From Dehalococcoidia bacterium (GTDB taxonomy: Bacteria; Chloroflexota; Dehalococcoidia; SpSt-223), in contig JAXLWW010000017.1 of NCBI GenBank assembly GCA_046328265.1, positions 4,777 to 68,776 on the forward strand: a stretch of 64,000 bases of DNA, given 5' to 3'. Shown in pieces: positions 56,086-64,000 of this stretch; within the stretch, counting starts at the first letter, position 1, and each line of letters opens with the position of its first letter. The translations under genes were made by a program, and so were the position numbers. The notes under the pieces are model-generated. The model was not told the origin of the DNA. It saw only the letters and a program-made list of their open reading frames with translations, and made no database searches.

Positions 56086-57147
56086 GTGGTGCTTACGGCA
56101 GAGCGATTGATGCCTGGCCTCGGTGAATTGCCACTGCCCGCAACCAGCCGGTATGGATGGCCATGGACTCGTGAGACCGCGTCCCTGGCTGGCCGTTGTG
56201 AGGGGCAGTCTGCCTGGCCACAGATTAGCATCGTCACACCGTCGTTCAATCAAGCGTCCTTTCTCGAAGAGACGATGCGTTCGGTTCTGCAGCAGGACTA
56301 TCCGGCCCTCGAGTATCTCGTCTTGGACGGAGGATCGACCGACGGCTCGGCCGACCTCCTGACTCGGTATGCGCCGAACTTGCAGTACGCGGTGAGCGCG
56401 CCAGACGGCGGCCAGACGGAGGCAATCAACACCGGCCTCGCTCGTTCGAGCGGAGAAATCGTTGCCTATTTGAACTCTGACGATCTCTACTGTCCGGGCG
56501 CCCTTCAGGAGGTGGCACGGGTCTTCTCCGCTCAGCCCGATCTCGATATCCTTTACGGCGAACGCATACTCCTCATAGATGAGAACAGCGCCCTGATCGG
56601 GATCGACCGGGCGCCCAGCTTTAGCATCGAGCGTCTGCTGCGGGGCGATTTTATCTTCCAGCCAACCACTTTCATGCGCCGCCGCGTCATCGAGCGAGCC
56701 GGGCCGTTTGACCCATCGCTCCGCTATGTAATGGACTACGAGTTCTTCTTACGAGCGGCGCTCGCTGGTTGCCGGTTCGAACGATACGATGGCCCGCCAC
56801 TCGCCGCCTTCCGTCTCCATTCGCAATCAAAGACCTTGAGCAAGGCCACCCAGGGACTGCAGGAAGAATTGGCGATGCTCGATAAGGTATTCGCCAGTCC
56901 GGCGCTCTCGTCGCACCTTCGTCAACTGCACAGCCGCGCGCGCGCCCAGTGTTATTTGAACGTAGGCTATAGCCAGTATCTTGGCGGGGCACACCGTACC
57001 GCGCGCCGCTATCTGCGTGCCGCGCTCGGTGAGCATCGAGCGCTCGTGATGGAGCGGTCCTTTCTTTGGCTTCTGGCCAAGACCATGCTTCTCCCCAGAC
57101 CAGCCGACTCGCTCGTGAGTTGCGGCGCTGGTGGCGTACGAGAGTAG
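56086..57147 (+). CDS. family 2 glycosyltransferase
   Basis: ISIVTPSFNQASFLEETMRSVLQQDYPALEYLVLDGGSTDGS and NSDDLY (DxD-type) motifs. Intact 353-aa ORF (alternative ATG at 56110). Confidence 0.8.
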   Translation: MVLTAERLMPGLGELPLPATSRYGWPWTRETASLAGRCEGQSAWPQISIVTPSFNQASFLEETMRSVLQQDYPALEYLVLDGGSTDGSADLLTRYAPNLQYAVSAPDGGQTEAINTGLARSSGEIVAYLNSDDLYCPGALQEVARVFSAQPDLDILYGERILLIDENSALIGIDRAPSFSIERLLRGDFIFQPTTFMRRRVIERAGPFDPSLRYVMDYEFFLRAALAGCRFERYDGPPLAAFRLHSQSKTLSKATQGLQEELAMLDKVFASPALSSHLRQLHSRARAQCYLNVGYSQYLGGAHRTARRYLRAALGEHRALVMERSFLWLLAKTMLLPRPADSLVSCGAGGVRE

Positions 57148-57156
57148 TCTGAAATC

Positions 57157-58420
57157 GTGAAGCCGAAGGCTGGCCGCGTCCTCGTCATTCACAATCATCT
57201 CGGCCCCGTGGGTGGCGTGGAAACCCATGTGCTGGCGGAGATAGCCGCTCTGCGCCATAGCCGGTTACACCGTCGCGATATTTGCGCTCTCCGCCGCCGC
57301 AACTCCGAAGGACGAGAACGTCTGATCTATTGGCGTCGGCCGCCGGGCCAACGCGTCCGAAAGCTGCTCTCTTTACCTCGTGCATCCCGGCATCGCGATT
57401 GCTCTCTGGACGAAGATCTGCTCGTTTCGGCCCGATTGGATCCACCCACACCAGCGAGCAGCCGTTCACCATCCTACCCATCCTCGCCGGGCAGCGGGTC
57501 GTTCATACCATCCACATCACCGGATTAGTCGTCCGCTTTCGACGTTGTACTATCAGGACACCCTCGCGCAGTGTCCGGGCGGATCGGCGTCCGCTGCGTC
57601 CACCACCAATGCTTGAGTGTTCCGGGTCTGCTTCCACGGCTGCTGACCCATCGACTTCACCAGTGGCTGATCAATCGTGTGGTCACGGTCACGACCGCAC
57701 CCAGTCCGAGTTTGGCGCACCATGAACCGCCGCGCTCACCTGCGGACGGTCGTTCCGGTTCCGTTGTTTCCCAGCTCTCCCCGGTTCGCCGTCTGCCAAC
57801 CACCGAGAGGGTGGCGACCTCATTCTCTACGTCGGCGTCCTATCCCGCCCGAAAGGACCGGAATGGATCTCCTCCATGCGCTACCGAGGATCTGGCGGTG
57901 ATCCCGGCGGCCAGACCGCGTTGGTTGATGGCCTCAGCGAGCGACTTTGGAACGACTCGCGTGCGATCTCGGTGTCGACAACGCCGTTCAGTTCGTTGGC
58001 CGGCTCGAGCATGACAAACTGACGACCTGGTATGACCGAGCGGCGGTATGTGTCATCCCGTCGATTGTCGGTGAGACGTTCTGCCTTGTCGCGTACGAGG
58101 CGCTCGCGCGTAACTGTCCGGTTATCGCTACGCCGCGGGGCGCCCTGCCCGACGTCATCGAAGATGGCGTGACTGGCCTGCTCGTCGAACCGACGAACAC
58201 CACAAAGCTTGCCGAGGCTGTGAGCGCATTGCTCTCCGACCCAGAACGCGCCGGCCGCTTGGTCGCGCCGGGAACGCTCGGAGCTCGCTCAGGTACGACG
58301 GCAACAGGCTTCCTCGCGCGCTCGAACTTGATAAGGACTGCGCCATGGCAGCTGGCTGGCTGGTCCGAATGGCTTCATCGGCCTGAGCCGTCATCTATCC
58401 CGGGCTCTACTATCCGCTGA
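57157..58420 (+). pseudogene. GT4 family glycosyltransferase, heavily disrupted (middle third unreadable in any single frame)
   Basis: N-terminal GT4 block (KAGRVLVIHNHLGPVGGVETHVLAEIAAL) in the 57157 frame. C-terminal Glycos_transf_1 block with EX7E (VIPSIVGETFCLVAYEALARNCPVIATPRGALPDVIEDGVTGLLVEP) in the 57947..58420 frame. Intervening 57.3-57.95 kb fragments sit in other frames. Confidence 0.6.
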
Positions 58421-58511
58421 GCTTTCCGCTTGGCGGCTCGCTGTCGTTCGCTGGCGCACTAACACGTCGCGCTCTCGCTGTTTTGCCCGGCCCTGACGGC
58501 GCTCCTTCTGG

Positions 58512-59618
58512 GTGCGGGGTCGACTTCGCCCTCGTGCTCTTCGCCTCGGTTTTGTTGCCGCACTAGTCTACGCCGTCCTTGTCTCACCAGACCCGGGGCT
58601 ACTCGTTGCGGCCATTTACCACCTTCGCGGTTCAAGTGTTGGTGTTCACCGCGCTGGCGACCAACCCCGCTCCAACCGTCTCGTCGCGGACCCTCGTGCG
58701 TTTATGCTCGCCGGAATGGTCTTGCCGGTGGCAATCGCCCTGCTCCAAGCGATCTACTTTGTACCAGGTATTTCCCCGGCCTTTCTCTATTCGCTGCCGT
58801 TCGGTTTGGTGCGGGGCGTGGTCGCCGGACTATCCGCGGATCGGCAATCGGCTGGCCGGCACATTTGCCGTCCATGTCTATTTGCTCAGGCCGTCGGCAT
58901 GCTTTGTCTTACGCTGCTGCTGATTGGTGAGTGGGCGATCGGCTGGGTTCGCTGGCCGTACCTTGGCATGGCGCTCACCTGCTTATTGTTGTCGTGGACG
59001 CGAACTGCCTGGCTGGCGACTGGCATGGCTGTCGGCCTCGTCGCGCTGCTCAGTCGCAAACTGCTTGGCTCGACGCTGATTGTGCTCAGTTGCGCGGTCG
59101 TCGCCACCGTGGCGATTGAGATTGCCGGCGATGGAGTGATCTCGTCTCTCTTCATCTCGCGATCGGAATCCAATCTCAGCAGCATCAATGATCGGCTTGC
59201 CTTGTTGCTGGAGATAGCAGACGTGGCGTCGCCGGTCGGCGAAGGCCTCGGTCGCAGCATCTTCGCCACGATGGACGCGGGCGCCTCGGAGAACCTCGCG
59301 CTCGGCACGATGACCGGGCAAACGGCCCATAATGTGGTTGTTAGTGCGTACATCGAAGGCGGTGTTGTCCTGTTGCTGGCGTACCTCGCCTTGCTTGCGG
59401 GAATTGGGCGATTTGGTATCTTGCTGCTTCGCACCCCGACCCTCGAACGGTTTGGGCTACTCGTGCTCGGGGGCGGGCTTATTGTCGTCATCACCGGGCT
59501 GACGGAAGATAGCTTCAATGCGCCTGGAGTTCTGGGATACTGGGTGATACTCGCCGCTGCCGAGCGGCAATATCGCTCCATCGTCCGAGTGGCTCAGGTC
59601 GCAGAAGCGGCCGCCTAA
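58512..59618 (+). CDS. O-antigen ligase/Wzy-like family membrane protein (Wzy_C domain); N-terminus possibly frameshifted; may originally have been fused to the downstream TPR region
   Basis: Wzy_C signature LSWTRTAWLATGMAVGLVALL plus multiple TM helices. Stop overlaps the ATG of the next ORF (TAATG). Alternative-frame TM-like segments lie at 58.58-58.9 kb. Confidence 0.6.
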   Translation: MRGRLRPRALRLGFVAALVYAVLVSPDPGLLVAAIYHLRGSSVGVHRAGDQPRSNRLVADPRAFMLAGMVLPVAIALLQAIYFVPGISPAFLYSLPFGLVRGVVAGLSADRQSAGRHICRPCLFAQAVGMLCLTLLLIGEWAIGWVRWPYLGMALTCLLLSWTRTAWLATGMAVGLVALLSRKLLGSTLIVLSCAVVATVAIEIAGDGVISSLFISRSESNLSSINDRLALLLEIADVASPVGEGLGRSIFATMDAGASENLALGTMTGQTAHNVVVSAYIEGGVVLLLAYLALLAGIGRFGILLLRTPTLERFGLLVLGGGLIVVITGLTEDSFNAPGVLGYWVILAAAERQYRSIVRVAQVAEAAA

Positions 59619-60780
59619 TGCGGATCCATCTGGCCGTCGTCGTTCTTGCTACGGTCGCCCTACTGGTAATTGAGGCGCCAGGCAATGTCAGAGCGATCCG
59701 CTACTTGCGTGAACAACCCAGCGGGCCAGTCGCCATTTGGGAGGAGGACTGTTTGCGCGCCGCAGCCTCAGCGGCAGGTTCATTTCTGCCGTGGACGGCA
59801 GTGAATGCGCCCGATTCGCTTACGGTGGAATTCTCGCTAGGCCCCGCGCCCACCACGAGAGCAGATTTCGTCTACCGCGTCTGCCTCGATGGCGCGCGAC
59901 TGATCGCAACGTCGGACGACTACGCCGCGGCGATTGACAAGTGGCGTTCAGCACCAGAGATTGGTGAAGCACTCGCCGCCCGTGCTCAGATCTTGTCCGG
60001 CCCCGAGGCGTTGCAGCGGGCCGAAGCCGCGGCCGTCATTGCACCTGACCTATCTGGCGGTTGCGATGCGCTCTGCGCGATTCGCGAGCGCACCGCTGAC
60101 CCGGCCAGAGCACTCGAAGCGTGTCAGGCGGCGATCTGGTCAACGCCCCGATGACCAAGTCTCCCGCGTGCTGCTTGCTTTTCTTCTGCACGAAATGGCG
60201 ACCTTCGAGCCGCCCTGGCCGTGTTGAATGAAGGCGGTTTGGAGAATGGGACAGTGGTTTGGGCGATCCGCGGTGATGCCGCTCTTGCCACTGGCAACGC
60301 TGTTGAGGCGATCGACTATTTGCTGAAGGCACAGCTGGGGTGGCCGGACAACCCCTATCTGCTTATCAGTTGGGCAGCACTGCGTATGCGATGACAGGCA
60401 ACCAGCGTGAGTCACGGCGCTGGTTGACCCAGGCTTTGGCGATCGATCCAAACTTCGAGCCGGCTCGCACCGCACTTTCAGCCGCCCCGGTGGACCAACG
60501 ATGAATGGGCGGCTGGTCGCCGGCCTTGCCCATCCGCTCTGCCCGTTCTGCTGATCGCTCCGAGTTGGCTGGGTGGCTGGCGGAGTCTCGTTCTTGTTCC
60601 GCTGTTCGGCGGACTGCTGATAGTCCATTGGCAGGCACGCCTGTTTCCGCTTGTGACCGATTGGTTGTTCCTCGCCTTGCTCTCGTTCTTGCCACTCAGT
60701 CTCATTCCGGTAATTGATGCAGTGTTGCTGCAGGGCGCCTCACCGCCGTTTTGGCGGGGATGGTCTGTCTAGCCCCTGCG
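59618..60780 (+). pseudogene. TPR-repeat protein, fragmented across frames
   Basis: 178-aa ORF, then TPR-like segments (ALATGNAVEAIDYLLKAQLGWPDNPYLL...; LAIDPNFEPARTALS) and TM-like segments in other frames through about 60.78 kb. Confidence 0.4.
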
Positions 60781-62984
60781 GTTCGCCGCCCGCGAACCGC
60801 CTGCGGGATCGTCACCCTGGTCGGTCGGCATGGTTCTCCTACCGGCAGTCTGGGAGCATCATCAGTCCCCGTTGTCGAATGGCCGCTCTCTAAGAGTTTG
60901 CTCCCCCCTCGGTGGTCCAGATCAGCGAAACGGCCTCTATTGTTCGCGGGGCAGATAACCGGTACACCCGAGGCGGTATTCATCCAAACCAGTACGCCGG
61001 AACCCTCGTGCTCGTTCTTCCCACGGCATTGCCGGCACTATCGCCTGCTCGCGGGCGTCGAGCGTGACCAGACGGGCGCAGCGCTGCTTGCCGGCCTCGG
61101 TTATTTCTGACGCAATCCCGGTCGGGATTGCTCGGTGTTACGGTCGGGTTTAACCGCCTCTGGCATCTGGATGGCGCGGTCCGAACCCGCGAAACTGGGT
61201 ATGCGTCTGTTGGGTACTGGGCGTGATTGCCAATGTTGTCACGCTTTGCCCGGTCGCATCTTGGCTGGTTGGATCGTCACCCTGACCTGAGCCTCGACTT
61301 CGTTTCGCCAGCCGCGTTGACCGTGCATCGCGCGCTGCTGCCGATCGCGGACTTTCCGATCACTTCGGGATCGGCCTTATCAGTTCTCGTTGGTACCAGC
61401 GGCACTGCGCCCGTAGTCCTGACACCGCCGGGCACGGCTGTGGCCTACGCTCACAATTTCATCCTTGCAGGTGACCCTCGACCTCGGCGTTCTTGGTACG
61501 CCTGTCGTGGCCTTCGTTCTTCGGCTTGGACGCTGGTGGCTCCCGCGCGTGGCCCGCGATCTGACGGCCCGTTTGACGGCGCCAGCAGCCGGGATGATGG
61601 CTGGGTTTCTTCGGGTTTCTTTGCCTGGCCTGACCGATGCGATTGCCATCACGGTACGCGGCGCCGGTCTCCTTTGGCTTCGCACCTTCGGTCTCCTCGG
61701 CTGCTGCAACGGTGGCCAGTCACCCTGATGCGTATTCTTCACGGGTTCAGGCCGAGCCAATGGATGGCTTGCGCTTCCATCGTACGCCCCGGGCAGGCAG
61801 GCGAGCAGGTCCAGGTAGAGAGCCCTGCCGGTCGATGATCTCGGCCGCGTGCGTTGGTTCTCGGCGAGCGATCGCGCCCTCGTCGTCGCGTGCCGTAGGG
61901 CAGATCGCGCAGGAGGAGTAACGTCTCCTCAGCAAGCGCTCTTGGGGCTGTTCTCGACGACATGGCCGGCGCCAGTTTCTGCTCGGCAAGATCACGACCC
62001 GCGTCATCACGGTTGCCTTTCCGGGCTGCCAGATAGATTGACTTTCAGTGGCCATCGGGCGCGACCGGCGAGAGGCAGTCGGCAAGCGGGGCAAGCATGG
62101 CGTCACAGGCGGCGAGGTACAGTTCGAGGCGTGCTCTTGTTCGAGGAATCCCGGGTTTCCTGCAGCCGACCAGACATCCGCAAGTCCGCCGGGATGCGTG
62201 CTCGATGATTGCCTATCATCACGTATCGTTGAATCTCGTGCGAATAAGCGGAGCGTACGAAGAGCAACGCGGCGTCCGTGCGGTTGATCGTGCCGACCAT
62301 CCCCACGAGCGGGAGATCGGCACGCCCTGCGTGGCGCGTGCTCGGGCCCGGTCTCGAGGATCACTGCCCCGTACATCACAGCCTCGAGGCAGGATCCGGG
62401 ATCGACGATCCAGCGATTCGAGCCTCACGGCACGTTCGGCCAAGGGGCGGGGAGATCACGTGGTTCCATCGGGCTCGCGCGTTCGGAATGCCTTCTTCGA
62501 AGTAAAGTCTCGACTGGTCCGAACAGGGTGCGGACGAGCCACGATGAGCGTTCCTGACCGTCCCACCCCTACCCCACCAATCGCACCAGTCGATCACCAG
62601 ACGGCCACCCGTCGGTCGTGACCACCGGGTCGTACAAGGCCGGAAGAATGACAACTGGACGACAATCCCGCGTGGATAATGTCCCAACGCCGTCCACGGA
62701 GCTGCGGAGACTCGGCGGGCCGCGTCGTAGGATCCCAACGGCTCGGCCAGAGCCGAACAGAGATCGGGCGACTTCACCACGGTGACTCCGTCGAGGCGTT
62801 CCATATCGAAGCGGACCCGATTACGCGGGGCGATGGTGAGGAGGTGACGCGGTGGCCACGCCGAATATCCTCGCGCAACGTCCAGCGCTTCAGTACGTTC
62901 CGCCGCCATCGGCAACATTGTGATTGAGAAAGAGGATTTCCAGTGAACGTCCGCCAGGCCGTCTGGTCATACCGAACGGCTGAG

Positions 62985-63924
62985 ATCTCCGGCTTCCTGC
63001 GCACGGGTCGACCGATACCAGTCGATGGTGAGGCGCAGACCTTCAGCAAAGCTCGTTCGCGACTGAACCCGAACTCCCGCTCAGCCCGAGACGTCCAACT
63101 TGCGCCGTGGTTGTCCGTTCGGTCGCGCATCCCACGACCGTGCCGTCGAAGCCGATCTGCTCGGCGATTTCCAGTTGCAACCTTGATGCTGATTTCCTCG
63201 GAGCTTCCAATATTCACCGGTTCAGGCTTGTCGTAATTCTGAGCCGCCTGAACGATCCCGTCCGCTGCATCATCGACATAAAGAGTCCTCGTGTGGGCGT
63301 TCCATCGCCCCACAGTACCACAGGTCGGTCCCTCGTTCTTTGGCAAGAAACGTCTTGCGAATCATCGCCGGGATAACATGGGATGTTTCCAGTGTCAAAA
63401 TTGTCTTCCGGCCATAGAGATTCACCGGAAGGAGAAATATCGCGTCAAAGCCGTATTGTTGACGATATGCTTGAGCTTGAACAAGTAGCATCTTCTTCGC
63501 GAGGCCATAAAGGCGCATTTGTTTCTTCTGATACCTGTTCCATAGGTCGTCTTCTCTGAACGGGATCGGAGTGTGCTTAGGGTAGGCGCAAACCGTTCCC
63601 ACGGCAACGAATTTGTCGATCCCGAACTTGATAGCCTCATGAGAATTGAACGCTCATCAGCGAGATTGCGCACCGGAAGAACCGGCGGGGTCGAGCCATA
63701 TTCGCGCCGATGCCGCCAACAACCGCCGCTGCATGAATGACGATATCTGGCCGTGCATCGTGTAAGAGTTGGAGAATAGCTTGACGGTCGCGAAGGTCGT
63801 AGTCGCGACTTCGTGGAACGACGACGTCCGCGGGCTGGACCTCAGCGAGGCGAGCCACGATGCGCTGGCCCAGAAACCCACTGCCTCCCGAGACGACAAT
63901 CCGCTTTCCCGCCAGAGCAGACAT
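62985..63924 (-). pseudogene. fcl: GDP-L-fucose synthase (GDP-4-keto-6-deoxy-D-mannose-3,5-epimerase-4-reductase), multiple frameshifts including locally compensating ones
   Basis: N-terminus MSALAGKRIVVSGGSGFLGQRIV...DIVIHAAAVVGGIGANMA with GGAGGA upstream of the ATG. Central block GTVCAYPKHTPIPFREDDLW...YGLAKKMLLVQAQAYRQQYGFDAIFLLPVNLYG...LETSHVIPAMIRK. C-terminal blocks RTLYVDDAADGIV...EPVNIGSSEEISI, LQLEIAEQIGFDGTVV and SFAEGLRLTIDWYRSTRAQEAGDLSRSV*, each in a different frame. About 50% GC. Confidence 0.65.
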
Positions 63925-64000
63925 GAGCGCTTCCTCCGGTGACCGACCGTCAAACGTCGCTCGGCGTATGGTAGCGCAAATACCGACGCTCGTCAGCCGC

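Larger units (their letters stand above)
50450..64000. other. compositionally distinct lower-GC genomic island (extends past window end) carrying a degraded Wzx/Wzy-type glycan biosynthesis cluster
   Basis: GC drops from about 70% to about 45-60% starting just after the lipoprotein gene. Gene content is flippase, three methyltransferases, GT2 x2, GT4, O-antigen-ligase-like, TPR and fcl, nearly all frameshifted. Confidence 0.6.

Noticed and set aside
60780-62985. Several 170-210-aa ORFs on both strands between the TPR remnant and fcl (61227..61838, 61739..62379, 62097..62621, 62376..62918)
   Set aside because: None shows convincing family motifs. I looked for GDP-mannose 4,6-dehydratase and glycosyltransferase signatures without success. 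Given the pervasive decay in this island they are probably fragments of degraded genes, and a BLASTX of the region would be needed.
1-64000. CRISPR arrays, rRNA genes, insertion sequences, integrases, toxin-antitoxin pairs, restriction-modification or other recognisable defence systems
   Set aside because: I scanned for short regularly spaced direct repeats, terminal inverted repeats, and transposase/integrase/nuclease-helicase-like ORFs, and found none. The only repeats are the intragenic domain repeats at 35-39 kb.

Overview
This 64-kb window is from a high-GC bacterial chromosome, roughly 68-72% GC over most of its length. The gene content suggests a monoderm high-GC lineage such as Chloroflexota/Thermomicrobia or Actinomycetota. 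Signals pointing that way are a Bacillus-like SecG, FtsB/DivIC, GT39-type GT-C glycosyltransferases, an MshA-like GT4 and a CoxL-family molybdoenzyme. I cannot name the organism.

Most of the window is densely packed, intact housekeeping and accessory metabolism:
- A xanthine-dehydrogenase/CO-dehydrogenase-family molybdoenzyme (small subunit C-terminus plus large subunit) followed by a MoaD/ThiS-like GG protein.
- Two GT-C (GT39/ArnT-like) membrane glycosyltransferases, an MshA-like GT4 translationally coupled to a HAD phosphatase, and a clan-A glycoside hydrolase coupled to the second GT-C.
- An acyl-CoA synthetase, two orphan family-5 ABC substrate-binding proteins, SecG, ParB-like and FtsB proteins, SixA, an LLM-class flavin oxidoreductase, RidA, an Asp/Glu-racemase-family enzyme and a cupin.
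- A CaiB/BaiF CoA-transferase with 3-oxoacid CoA-transferase A/B subunits, an enoyl-CoA hydratase, a two-domain aldehyde dehydrogenase next to deoxyribose-phosphate aldolase, and an AEC-family transporter.
- A P1B-type ATPase with an unusual PCP membrane motif, a HExxH metalloprotease, a NUDIX/MutY divergent pair and a tRNA-Leu(TAG).
- Secreted or surface proteins: a beta-helix/TIG protein, a lipoprotein, and a protein of about 1,630 aa built from about 14-15 tandem carboxypeptidase-regulatory-like domains repeated at the DNA level.

The most striking feature is a compositionally distinct lower-GC island from about 50.45 kb to the window end, roughly 45-60% GC. It encodes a Wzx/Wzy-type surface-glycan module: a flippase, three methyltransferases, two GT2s, a GT4, an O-antigen-ligase/Wzy-like protein with TPR, and GDP-fucose synthase. 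Nearly every gene in it carries multiple frameshifts, so the island looks like a horizontally acquired, decaying glycan cluster.

Smaller frameshift clusters occur in a methyltransferase beside the tRNA, an alpha/beta-hydrolase at 33.5 kb, and the N-terminus of the giant repeat protein. Several are homopolymer-length changes, so sequencing error cannot be excluded.

A conserved three-gene operon at 24.0-27.5 kb (Yip1-family membrane protein, membrane-anchored GYSGG serine-hydrolase-like protein, 586-aa unknown protein) is a candidate uncharacterised module.

I found no CRISPR arrays, rRNA genes, transposases or integrases.
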